In this document: positions 31,112-40,795 of the stretch, piece after piece
Layout of the letters: each line of letters starts with the position of its first letter
Numbering within the stretch: position 1 is the stretch's first letter
Assembly (NCBI GenBank): GCA_963833985.1
Contig: CAWIAD010000001.1
Coordinates: 1,536,001-1,600,000, forward strand
Length of the DNA stretch: 64,000 nt
Source of the DNA: an uncultured Planctomycetaceae bacterium
Lineage (GTDB): Bacteria; Planctomycetota; Planctomycetia; Isosphaerales; Isosphaeraceae
Reading direction: 5' to 3'
Notes under the pieces: model-generated
What the model was told of the DNA's origin: nothing
Seen by the model: the letters and a program-made list of their open reading frames with translations, nothing else
Database searches by the model: none
Translations under genes and position numbers: made by a program

Positions 31112-31232
31112 TCCGTTCGCGGACCGCCCATTGCGGGTCGTCGGATCGATCGGTCCGAAGCGCATGGCCGATAAGAAAGAGGACTTGTCGAACTGACGCC
31201 CACTTTCTTGCGGCCATGGAGGGTCGGCCACG

Positions 31233-32192
31233 ATGCCCCATCACTTGCGCTCTCGCCGCTTTGAACTCGAGCCTCTTGAACCGCGTCTCGCTCTGAGCGG
31301 GACGACCCCTGCCAGCGTGATTGGAACGGCCGCGGGGGTCGTCTCACACCCGCATGAGATCAGCCGCACCTCGACCCAAGTGGCTCCCCGAAATATCACC
31401 CCCCGCAAGCCGGCGACGATCTTCGGGATGTTCGTGACACCGGAGGCCGGGAGTACGCTTCATCCCAGGATCCTGGCTGCAACCGGCAACACAGGAAAGC
31501 CCTTGCCCCTCCGGTTCGGCCGGCCGTTCCGCCCCGGCGTCTCCGGATCGGCCGTGGCGTTCGCCAAGCTGAAATCCACCGGCAGCCTCAACACGGCGGT
31601 CACCGGGGCGCAGGCGACCACGGGGGCCTATCAGGCGCAAACGACCCTGGTGGGAGATGTGAACGGCGACGGCCAGGTGAACTTCGCCGACTTGCAGGCG
31701 TTCGCTCCGGCGTTCGGATCCAAGATCGGTAGTCCCAGCTATAACCCGGCTGCCGACTTCAACCACAACGGCTTCATCGGATTGAACGATGCCAAGGCGC
31801 TGTTGAAGAACATGCAGCCGCTGACGCCCTACCTGCCGCTGACTGCGCGTTTTACCCTGGCACCTCAGGACCAGATCCACTATTCCGGCCCGTCCATCAA
31901 CGGGGCGGCGACGTTCCAGCAGACGGTGACCATCCTCGGCCACACCACGCCGGGAAGCCTGGTGATTCAGGATAATAACACGTCCAGGCTACCAGGCGGC
32001 ACTCAGGCCTATCTCTTCACGGGCCCGGCCGTGACCACGAACGCCCAGGGCTTCTTCTCGATCAAGGCCACGAATTCCAGCGGCCTGAATAACAACGACT
32101 TTCTGATTCTGGACCCATTTGGACACCAGATCATCATGGATTTCCCGATCTTCTGGATCCCGTACGCTCGGGGAGGCGCTGTGCCGAAGTAG
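31233..32192 (+). CDS. Extracellular protein with planctomycete export motif and dockerin-like EF-hand repeats
   Basis: RRFELEPLEPRLALS; GDVNGDGQVNFADL and ADFNHNGFIGLNDA. Confidence 0.82.
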   Translation: MPHHLRSRRFELEPLEPRLALSGTTPASVIGTAAGVVSHPHEISRTSTQVAPRNITPRKPATIFGMFVTPEAGSTLHPRILAATGNTGKPLPLRFGRPFRPGVSGSAVAFAKLKSTGSLNTAVTGAQATTGAYQAQTTLVGDVNGDGQVNFADLQAFAPAFGSKIGSPSYNPAADFNHNGFIGLNDAKALLKNMQPLTPYLPLTARFTLAPQDQIHYSGPSINGAATFQQTVTILGHTTPGSLVIQDNNTSRLPGGTQAYLFTGPAVTTNAQGFFSIKATNSSGLNNNDFLILDPFGHQIIMDFPIFWIPYARGGAVPK

Positions 32193-32267
32193 TGCAGCAA
32201 GGACCACCGGCACCTTCGGCAAGCCTGGCCAGTTCAGAGTCCCGCGATCGGAACATGGGTGCAGGCA

Positions 32268-32299
32268 CAAAAATACCCCCCTGTTTCCAGGGGGGTATT
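32268..32299 (-). terminator. Rho-independent terminator between convergent genes
   Basis: Perfect 12-bp stem aatacccccctg/caggggggtatt with a GAAA loop on the minus strand, followed by a U-tract downstream of the TPR gene. Confidence 0.85.
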
Positions 32300-32342
32300 C
32301 TGCTTCAACCCCGCGGGTCGCCGTGAACGAACGAGGACTCGA

Positions 32343-34067
32343 TCAGCCGCGCGACGAACCCGCACGCTGGTCCGCGTACTCGGGAGCGGTGCGCGGCTTC
32401 GACCCGTCGCGATTCTTGCCCTGAATGCGGTCGAGCTCCGCCAGAGCGATCGGGTATTCCGCGTTGCTGGAGACGCCATGCTCGGCGACCCAGCGAAGGT
32501 CGGTGATTGCGGCCTCGGACTGGCCGGTGAGCGCCTTGTTGAGACCCAGGAATGAATGGATTTGCGTCTGCCTGGAGAGCGTGCTGGCCTGCTCCAGCAA
32601 CTGCTTCTCGTTGATCTCGCCGCGCAGGTGACTGACGATCTTGTAGGTCCATTGCTTCGAGTCGCAATGTGCGGCCGCGTCCTTGAGGAACGTGCCTGCC
32701 TCGTTCATGCGTCCCGCACGCAGCTCCGCGAAGTAGCCAACCAGCGCGGTATGGACCGAGAGCTCGTCATTCCAGCCGATCTGCGCCAGCAGCTTGTGGG
32801 CTTCATCCGCGGCTTCGGGGCGGCCAGAGCTGAGGGAGGCCAGCAGGCGATTGTACCGGGTCCAGGCGGAATCCGGCTGAAGTTTCAGGGCGTGGTCAAA
32901 GTCATTGATCGCCCTGTCAAAGTCGCCCTTGGCTGCCAGGGCGATCCCGCGATTGGTGTATGGCCGGGCTCGCTCGGGATCAATCTGCAACGCGTTGTTG
33001 AAGTCCTCGATGGCCTTGTCGAAATCCTTCTTGGCCGCCCAGACGATGCCCCGGTTCGTGTAGGCCCGGACAAATTTCGGCCTGCACCGGAGGGCCTCAT
33101 TGAAGTCGGCCATCGCCTTATCATGGTTATTCTTGCGTTCCCAGGCCCAACCGCGGTCGTTGTAGGTGATCGCATCGCGTGGGTCCAACTCCAGGGCACG
33201 CGTGAAGTCGGCGATCGCCTTGTCGGATTCGTTCTTGGCAAACCAGGTCATGCCCCGGTTCGTGAAGGCGTCTTGCAGGTCCGGGTTGATGCCGATCGCC
33301 TGGTTAAAGTCCTCGATGGCCTTGTCGTAATCGCCCATGCAATAGCGGGTCCAGCCTCGTTTGTTGAAGCTGCCGGCGTTCTCGGGGTCAAACCGGATTG
33401 CCTGGTTGAAGTCGTCGATCGCCTTCTCATATTGTTGCAGATCAATGTAAGCCAGTGCGCGGTTAACATATGACAGTGCATTGCCGGGCTCAAGCTGGAT
33501 GGCTTCGGTGTGGTCGGCGATGGCCCGCTCATACTGGCCCTTCTCGCGGTAGAGGATGCCCCTCCAGTTATGGACCCAGGCGTGGCTCGGATCCAGCCGG
33601 ATGGCATCATTCAGGTCTTTCAGGGCGACATCGGGCTGGTTCTTCGAGAGCCAGACCTTGGCCCGCAGGACGTGAGGAAGTGGGTCTTCCGGATTGGCAT
33701 GGATCTCGCCAGCGAAGAAGGGGATGGCCTCGTCCATTGACACGACGGTGTCGGCCTTGGCCCAGCCGGTCAGGTTGCTCTGCTCGGCGTGCAGCCAGAG
33801 CCACGAGTCCTTGACCTGCTCGACGCTGTAAATCTCGATGGTGCCGCGCCGATCGATCACCTTGGAGCCAACCTGGAGGGCAAAATCTGCGTCGCGCTGG
33901 ATGACCTGTTTGCCGACCCAGGATTCGTCCCCCCGGGCGCTCAACGCGGTGATGCCCAGGACTGCAACAGACCAGCAGAGACCTCCAGCGAGGTACCGGG
34001 GCGACCAGAGGCTCATCCAGGACGTGGCCCAGACCGGGGACGTCCGCTCACCTTTCCTAACCATCAT
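32343..34067 (-). CDS. Secreted/periplasmic TPR-repeat protein
   Basis: About 9 tandem 34-aa TPRs (e.g. YTNRGIVWAAKKDFDKAIEDFNNALQIDP); hydrophobic N-terminal segment. Start uncertain. Confidence 0.9.
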   Translation of the reverse strand: MMVRKGERTSPVWATSWMSLWSPRYLAGGLCWSVAVLGITALSARGDESWVGKQVIQRDADFALQVGSKVIDRRGTIEIYSVEQVKDSWLWLHAEQSNLTGWAKADTVVSMDEAIPFFAGEIHANPEDPLPHVLRAKVWLSKNQPDVALKDLNDAIRLDPSHAWVHNWRGILYREKGQYERAIADHTEAIQLEPGNALSYVNRALAYIDLQQYEKAIDDFNQAIRFDPENAGSFNKRGWTRYCMGDYDKAIEDFNQAIGINPDLQDAFTNRGMTWFAKNESDKAIADFTRALELDPRDAITYNDRGWAWERKNNHDKAMADFNEALRCRPKFVRAYTNRGIVWAAKKDFDKAIEDFNNALQIDPERARPYTNRGIALAAKGDFDRAINDFDHALKLQPDSAWTRYNRLLASLSSGRPEAADEAHKLLAQIGWNDELSVHTALVGYFAELRAGRMNEAGTFLKDAAAHCDSKQWTYKIVSHLRGEINEKQLLEQASTLSRQTQIHSFLGLNKALTGQSEAAITDLRWVAEHGVSSNAEYPIALAELDRIQGKNRDGSKPRTAPEYADQRAGSSRG

Positions 34068-34543
34068 CAGGCCTGTCTCCAGCACGAGATACGGAACTGG
34101 TTAATCAGTATTCGCAATCGGCAGCCGATTGGCGAACAGATTAAAAAAAATCAATATTTGCGGGCGAACCGATAGCACCGTAAATCGTTACGTGGCAATC
34201 ATTAAAGACAGATCATTAAATCCCGACTCAATCGCTCTATCGGAATTCTTGATGGCGAGTATCAGCAAAACCCCGGTCTCCAAAACGCCTGCGACTCTGC
34301 CGCTGCTCGCTTCCGTCGCGAAAAAGACGACGGTGCAGCACTGCGGCCAGGCATCAAGAATGCCCGCAGAATCCGCCCAATCCGAAAAACCGTTCATCCT
34401 CAGCCCCTCCGCGGCCGATGGTAATGGACAAGGCGGGCTACTACGCCTGCTTTCACGCACTTCTCCCGATCACGCGAAGCCCGAACACTGTTCGAATCGT
34501 TCCGTCTCTTCACGACGGTTGCCGAGGTCGACGAGAATTATCA

Positions 34544-36469
34544 ATGCCTGGACCAACGGGAAAGCCTCGCTGGCTATTCGCTGGATGCCTCTGCATCACA
34601 GGAACCCTTTTCAGCTTGCTGACGAGGGATGCCTGCGCGCAGTCGGCAACAGACACGGGCGCCAAGCCGGCGAGTACAGCGATTGCGACACCGAAACCGG
34701 TACCGGCTGAAGTGACCAGACAACCCGCCGGCGAAGCTTCGGTGGAAGATCGCTTGCGGCGCATGGAGGAAGCCTACCGGCGTATCGAGGACGCGAACCG
34801 CAGGATCCAGGGCCAGTATGACGGGCTCTTGAAGAAGTACGAGGAACTGAACGGCCAGGTGAGATCGACACGGGAGACCCAGGCCGGCAGAGCAGGCTCG
34901 GCTTCAACCCGACCTGCAAGTCGCGTTGGAGCTGTCGAGTATCAAGAGGCACCCAGCCGCGAGGTGCGTGAGGGGATGGGCCAGGGCGCGCAGGGGATGG
35001 GCGGCCGCACGGCGCCGCCCCGTCCCCGAGATACGGGAGTCGGCGGGGAGGGCATCGAGGGCCGAGGCAGCTTTTTCGAGGGCGGCGGCCTGCCCACCAC
35101 GTCCGGCAGGGCAACGACGCCTCCCGGGGTCGTGGCCGGCGGCGCCAGTCGAAGATCCGTCCAGGGTATTGGCGCGCAGGGCACCGAAGGACGCACCTTC
35201 CCTCCCGAGTCCGCGGCACGGGGTGAAGAAAAAATCCAGCGCCGGATCGCCCGGGTTGAGTTTGCCGAGGGACTCGAGCTGACGTCGCCCGATGATGAGT
35301 TCAAGCTCACCTTTCACAACCTGACCCAGGCCGAGTACCGGGCGTTCCCACTCAGCCAGGAGGGTCTGCTCCATTCCCAGTTCTACATTCCTCGCCAGCG
35401 CTGGTATTTCACCGGCCGAGTGACGCGGAACGTTGAGTTCTACACCGTGATCAATCGGGGATACGGCAGCCTGGACATCCTCGATGCCTTCATCAGCTAT
35501 CGCCTGGACGAACGCCTTCGCTTCCGCATCGGCCGCATGAAGACGCCTTATCTTTACGAGTATTACTCGATCGCCGAGGGTGACCTGATCGCACCCGAGC
35601 GCTCGATGTTCGCGGGTAACCTCGCGGGCAATCGCCAGATGGGTGCAATGGCCCTGGGCGAGCTCTTCAAGGGACGCCTCGGCTACGCAATGGGAATCTA
35701 CAACGGCCCGAGGCGATCATTCGCGGACTTCAACGGGGCCAAGGACGCAATCGGCTACGTGAATTCCCGTCCCTTCCTCACATCCCAGCGATTTCCGGCT
35801 CTCAACTACTTGAATCTCGGCGGCTCATTTGATGTCGGCTACCAGAATGATCCCGTCCAGCCGGCGATCCTCACGACGGCCAACGACGAGACCACGGCCT
35901 CGAACAACCCGACCGTCCAGTCACTTTCGCCGACGTTCCTGGCGTTCAACAGCAACGTGGTCGAGCAAGGCCAGCGCAATCAGTGGGCCGGGCATATGGT
36001 CTGGTTCTACAAGAGCTTCATGCTGCTTTCCGAGTACGCCGGAGGCGTCGCCGGATATGCGCGCACCGGCAGCGCGACACAGACGTACATCCCCTACAAC
36101 GGCTACGAGGTCACCGCCTCGTATTTCCTCACCGGGGAGCAGGTCACCCGGCGTGTGAACATGGTCAAGCCACGACGCGATCTCAGCTACAAGCGCGGGA
36201 ATCTTGCACCTGGGGCCATCGAGGTTTACGCCCGGTTTGCCGAACTGGACTTCAGCAGGCAGGTCTTCACGGCCGGGTTCGCGGATCCGAACCTCTGGAG
36301 CAATCACGCCTGGACCACGGACGTCGGACTGAACTGGTATCTCAACTTCTACACGCGCGTCTTCCTGGACTGGCAGCACTCCGAGTTCGGCAACCCGGTG
36401 GTCATTGGCCCCAACAAGTTCGGCCCAACCCGCGACCTGTTCTGGATGCGGTTTCAGGTGTTCTTCTGA
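34544..36469 (+). CDS. OprO/OprP-family (phosphate-selective porin-like) outer-membrane porin
   Basis: Signal peptide, N-terminal coiled coil, RQRWYFTG, IGRMKTP, GLNWYLN and a C-terminal beta signal WMRFQVFF. Confidence 0.85.
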   Translation: MPGPTGKPRWLFAGCLCITGTLFSLLTRDACAQSATDTGAKPASTAIATPKPVPAEVTRQPAGEASVEDRLRRMEEAYRRIEDANRRIQGQYDGLLKKYEELNGQVRSTRETQAGRAGSASTRPASRVGAVEYQEAPSREVREGMGQGAQGMGGRTAPPRPRDTGVGGEGIEGRGSFFEGGGLPTTSGRATTPPGVVAGGASRRSVQGIGAQGTEGRTFPPESAARGEEKIQRRIARVEFAEGLELTSPDDEFKLTFHNLTQAEYRAFPLSQEGLLHSQFYIPRQRWYFTGRVTRNVEFYTVINRGYGSLDILDAFISYRLDERLRFRIGRMKTPYLYEYYSIAEGDLIAPERSMFAGNLAGNRQMGAMALGELFKGRLGYAMGIYNGPRRSFADFNGAKDAIGYVNSRPFLTSQRFPALNYLNLGGSFDVGYQNDPVQPAILTTANDETTASNNPTVQSLSPTFLAFNSNVVEQGQRNQWAGHMVWFYKSFMLLSEYAGGVAGYARTGSATQTYIPYNGYEVTASYFLTGEQVTRRVNMVKPRRDLSYKRGNLAPGAIEVYARFAELDFSRQVFTAGFADPNLWSNHAWTTDVGLNWYLNFYTRVFLDWQHSEFGNPVVIGPNKFGPTRDLFWMRFQVFF

Positions 36470-36498
36470 GTCTGGGACAGGCTGGCGGACGGCTCCGC

Positions 36499-38274
36499 TC
36501 ACTGGAACCCCAGCTTGAACGGGTGGCCGCCGACAGGGAGTGGTCCGTGCAGAGGTGTCGTGATCGGCGGAGGCGGCAGGTTCTCCACGGGCGGCTGGAG
36601 CAGGGGGGGAGGCGAGCCAAGGGCCACGAAGAGGCGGAACTGTGCCTGGTCGTAGCGCAGCAGGGCCTCGACCACGTTGATGCGCGCTCCTCCGACCAGG
36701 TTCAGACTGTTGAGCACCTCGATCGGCCGGCCCAGACCGTTGCGGGCGCGCTGGGTATCCTCGCTCAGGCCGGACTCGGCGGAGGCCAGCTCGACGCGGG
36801 CGATCTCGATCTGGTTGCGCGCCGCAAGCGCCTCGGCGCGGGCGGAGGCGACCTCGCGCCGCACCCGGTTGAGCACGCGCATCCGCGCGGCGTCGGCCTC
36901 GCCGACGGTTGCGAAGGTGCGGTTCTGGAGCGAGAGGTTGCCCACTCCCAGGCCCGTGAATGTCCAGAACAAGCGCACGTCGAAGTCGTCGCGGCTACCG
37001 AAGTGGCCGAACGACTGTGGAATCACGTTGCTGCCGCCGCCGAACCCGCCGGCGCTGTAGCCAAGCCAGACCGTCGGCAACCAGGGCCGCGCCAGCTCCT
37101 CGTGGTAGTTGAACTCCGCCCGGGCCACCTCCGCGACCTGGGCGGCCAGGTCGGGCCGGTGCTGGAGGGCGTACATCACCAGCTCCGCGACGGGGGTGTC
37201 CAGCGCGATCAGGTCAATCGGCACGAGTGGACCGCCCATGGGATGGAGGCGAACCGAAGGATCGAGGTTGAGGCGGGCGGCCAGCCGCGCCGCGGTCACC
37301 GCGACGTGCTCCTCGGCCCGCTGAACCGCGGCCCGGCGCAGTTTCCAGTCGGCCTGAGCGCGATTGGCGTCGGCGGTACGCCGTTCCCCGGTCACGGCAT
37401 AGTCGTTGACGACCACAGCCAGGTCATGACCTTGCCGCTCGGTGAGACGCTGCGCTTCCAGAATTCCCAGGTTGCCCAGCAACTCCAGATGCAGCAACGA
37501 CACGTCGAGCAGGACATCGTTCGCGGTCGCCAGTGCCGTGAAGCTGGTGCTGATCACTCGCTGGTGCGCCACCAGCGGCTCGAACCAGGCCTCGGTGAGC
37601 GGACCGATGACATTGATCATCGGAACCTCGACCGTCCCGGCCGTGATGGCGCCGGCACCGCCGCCGAAGTACAACGATTGGCTGGTCAGGTTCAGGATCT
37701 TGCCGGCAGATCGCTGGAGATTGCCCGTGTGCAGGTGGTAGTTCGTGCCGACGTTGAGCGATGGCAGCAAGATGGCGCGGGCCTGGGTCTGATGCGCCAG
37801 TGCCTCGATGATCCGCGCACGGGCCGCGGCGATCGTGGGGTTCTCGACTTCGGCCAGCCGCAGTGCGGTGGATAGATCGATGGGGTACTCGCCCGGTGGA
37901 GGCGGGACCATGACCGGCGAGGGAACCGGGACACGCAAATCGGCTTCGCGCGTCTCGACCTTGGGCTCCACGAATCCACTGCCGGCCTCGGCGGGTTTGG
38001 GCGCGGGGGGGATGACCTCCGGAAGCTTCTCCGCGGAGGGCGCCTGGATCTCGGCCCCAGTGCGAGCGATCGCCGAGTCTCGATCGGATCCCGTACCCGC
38101 CGGCGATTCTCGCCTCACCTGGTTCGTGGAGGCTGCCGGTGGGCGAGGCTGCCCTGAGTGCTTCACGGTCGCGCAGCCGGGGAGCAACACAGCGAGGCCG
38201 AGGCAGAGGCGAACAAGCTGCGCAGTCGCATGGCTTCGCCCGGAGCTTGGTGTAGAAAATGCGCTTGCACGCAT
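36499..38274 (-). CDS. TolC-family outer-membrane efflux protein (lipoprotein)
   Basis: Lipobox LPGC, IDLSTALRLA, ALQHRPDL and YDQAQFRLFVALG; GAGGA RBS. Confidence 0.88.
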   Translation of the reverse strand: MRASAFSTPSSGRSHATAQLVRLCLGLAVLLPGCATVKHSGQPRPPAASTNQVRRESPAGTGSDRDSAIARTGAEIQAPSAEKLPEVIPPAPKPAEAGSGFVEPKVETREADLRVPVPSPVMVPPPPGEYPIDLSTALRLAEVENPTIAAARARIIEALAHQTQARAILLPSLNVGTNYHLHTGNLQRSAGKILNLTSQSLYFGGGAGAITAGTVEVPMINVIGPLTEAWFEPLVAHQRVISTSFTALATANDVLLDVSLLHLELLGNLGILEAQRLTERQGHDLAVVVNDYAVTGERRTADANRAQADWKLRRAAVQRAEEHVAVTAARLAARLNLDPSVRLHPMGGPLVPIDLIALDTPVAELVMYALQHRPDLAAQVAEVARAEFNYHEELARPWLPTVWLGYSAGGFGGGSNVIPQSFGHFGSRDDFDVRLFWTFTGLGVGNLSLQNRTFATVGEADAARMRVLNRVRREVASARAEALAARNQIEIARVELASAESGLSEDTQRARNGLGRPIEVLNSLNLVGGARINVVEALLRYDQAQFRLFVALGSPPPLLQPPVENLPPPPITTPLHGPLPVGGHPFKLGFQ

Positions 38275-38312
38275 CGACGTTCCTCTTTGCATGGGCCTTG
38301 TGTTGGGAAAGT

Positions 38313-39949
38313 CTAGCGCGGGACGGCTACGCCGGGTTGAGCTTCGGTGGGCGGGGCCGGCGCCCTGGGATTCGCTGCGGTGACGCCGGAAGGAGAGACG
38401 CCTTGCGTCGGGACGGGCCTTGCCAGGGCGTTCGCCGGCGGCTGTCCCAGTGCCACGTACATCTCGAACTGGGCGCGGTTGTAGTCGACGATGGCATCGA
38501 CGTAGTCGATACGAGCGCCGTTCATGAGCCGGAAGCTGTCCAGCAGCTCGATGGGTAACACGTCACGCGAGCGCGCCGGATGCGCGTCAGGTCCTGGGTG
38601 AACGAAAGCAGGCCTGACTTGACCGCGGATTCGTTGGTCTCGATCTGAGCGTAGCGCGCGTGAGTGCGAGCGTAGGCTTCGGCTACCTCGGCACGCACGC
38701 GGTTGAGTACCGCGAGCTGTTCGAAGCGGTGTACTTGAAGATTGGCGTTGGCGGCACGAATCATGGCTGAGTTGCCAACGCCCAGGTTCTGAAGGGTCCA
38801 GTAAGCGATCACATCGAAGTCTTGACGTCCCCCGAAGGCGCCGAAAAGCGGCCGCACCAGGTTGCTACCACCGCCAAAGCCGCCCGCGGAGTAACCGAGG
38901 AAGAGTGTGGGTGAGAACGGCAGCGCCTTGGCTCCGTCGAGCATCAAGAGCGCCTGGGCGATGGCGGCGCGCTGGGCGGCCAGCTCGGGCCGTCGCAGCA
39001 GGCCCAGAGCCACAAGCTCTGCGATCGAGATCGGATCGGGAACCAGCGGGTGGGGAACGAGGTAGGCGTCCGTGGGATGCAGCCTGATCGACGGATCCAG
39101 GTTCAGCACGGCACAAAGCTCGGCCGAAGAGCGTAACAGCTCCGATTCCACCTGCTTCAGATAGGCCTCGCGGCGTTGCAGCTCGGTGGCGGCTCGATTC
39201 GCGTCAGCGACGCGGCCCTGGCCGGTCTGGGCGTAGTCCGCCGTCAGCTTGGCGACCGCGTCCGCCTCATCACGTGCCTGGAGAGCCACCGCGTGCCTTG
39301 CCTCGGAACGCAGCAGCTCGCTGTACGCGAGCGTCACCTGGAGGAAGACCTGGTTCCTGACCGCGATGTTCTCGAATTCGCGCTGCCGGACGAGCTGGCG
39401 GCTCGTGAGATAGCCGAAGATGCCGATCGCCGTGTTGCCGCCCAGGAAGACGCCAGGGATGTTCACCGTTCCCGCGGCCACCGCGCCGGCTCCCGCCCCG
39501 ACATAGACGGCGCTGCGGTTGACGGAGAGGATATTGCCGTTGGACTGTTGCAGATTGCCGCTGTGGGTATCGTAATTCGTGCCGGGGTTGAGCGAGGGTA
39601 GGAAACGGGCCGCGGCAAGCTGCCGCAAGGCCGCGGCCTCCAGGACTCGTTGCCGCGCCACATTCAGCTCGGGGTTCTGCACTCCAGCCAGGCGCAGCGC
39701 GGTGTCGAGGTCGATCGGCTGAACTTCGGGCTTCAAGATGGTGGGGGGAGAGTACGGCCGGGCAATCGCCATCTCCTCCCTGGTCGCTTCCCTCGCGGGC
39801 CGCTCGTCCCGGTTGGCCCCTCGGGGTAGAGGCTGTGGCAAGCGATCCCCCGGTCTGGCTTCCTGAGCCGAGGCGTGCCAGCATTGTGCCATCGCCAGTA
39901 GGACCAGGGCGATGGCTTGTGCCGGAACCATGTTCCGGGTCTGTCTCAT
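38313..39949 (-). CDS. TolC-family outer-membrane efflux protein, paralog of the neighbour (frameshift near 38570)
   Basis: IDLDTALRLAG, LRRPEL and GYSAGGFGGGSN; C-terminus VLPIELLDSF...YNRAQFEMYVALG lies in ORF 38313-38561. Confidence 0.87.
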
Positions 39950-40345
39950 TCGAGTGCCTCCTTGCATCATGCCGAATTGAGAGCCTCCGGCCCTCCGCGT
40001 GTTGACTCTAGATCGTCATGGTAAAGTGAGGGACTTGACGACGAAGACGAAAGTTGGCGTCGCAGGGCGATTCGTGGGACTTGCAGAGTATCGGTTGTAG
40101 CGGTGATAACGGCCAGGGTAGGCCGAACGGAAGGCTGGCTGGCCCGCATCACGGTCCCCGCCCCGGTGCAGCCGAGGGTGAGTGAGCAGGTGACGCCAAA
40201 TCCTTCGCGGCTCGCCGCTCAGCCAGGGTCGTGTTCGGGCGGCCCGGGACGGCCGACGCGGTGAGTGGATTGCATGTGTCGTTGACACGGCCGAAAACAT
40301 GGCTACGATGAATCGATGGACAGTGGAGGGGGCGTGGCTTGCTGT

Positions 40346-40681
40346 ATGGGCCGATCGCAATACAAATCCCGATTGACTCTGATCATCCTGCTGGGTCTTT
40401 CCCTGGCCTGTTTCCCTGTGCGCGCGTTGTCCCCGGTCGGCTCCTCGTTCGCGTCGGTCTACCGCGGCATCCATCCGCCCCCTGCGAAACCGCAGCGCCT
40501 GCGCATCTTTCACGCCTGTAGCGCCCGCGCACTCTCGCCTTCTCGAACCTGCACAGCACGGATTGGGCCGGTCTCATCCGCTCCAAGCTCGCAAACGCGC
40601 ACCGGTACCGCGACAATGCGGGCCGGGCTCCGATCCAGCCTCTCCCCGGCATTCACCTCGGTCCACCCGCTTCGCTGTTAG
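40346..40681 (+). CDS. Small basic membrane-anchored/secreted protein ending in -PLRC, upstream of the RND permease
   Basis: GGAGGGG upstream; hydrophobic LTLIILLGLSLACF; Ser/Arg/Pro-rich body; stop 114 nt before the RND ATG. Confidence 0.5.
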   Translation: MGRSQYKSRLTLIILLGLSLACFPVRALSPVGSSFASVYRGIHPPPAKPQRLRIFHACSARALSPSRTCTARIGPVSSAPSSQTRTGTATMRAGLRSSLSPAFTSVHPLRC

Positions 40682-40795
40682 CGGCTCGAACAGAGCAGGC
40701 TGCAAGTCCGCTGCTTGCTCGTTCGCCCACCGGCCACAACAAGACTGAACGACAGCGCGGGTCTGCCACTCTCGACATTTCTCAGGGGAAACTTG

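Noticed and set aside
32880..33620. Roughly 102-bp periodic DNA repeats that could suggest an array
   Set aside because: They are explained by tandem 34-aa TPR coding units; there is no identical repeat/unique spacer structure and no cas gene.
34180..34540. Pho box upstream of the OprO/P-like porin
   Set aside because: No CTGTCAT-type 11-bp-period repeat is present; the repeat seen has 14-bp spacing and a different sequence.
38560..38580. Programmed ribosomal frameshifting at the split genes
   Set aside because: No slippery heptamers, and the affected genes are functionally unrelated; assembly error is simpler.
39967..40513. Minus-strand ORFs upstream of the TolC pair
   Set aside because: No motifs or clear RBS and atypical composition; probably promoter or leader DNA.
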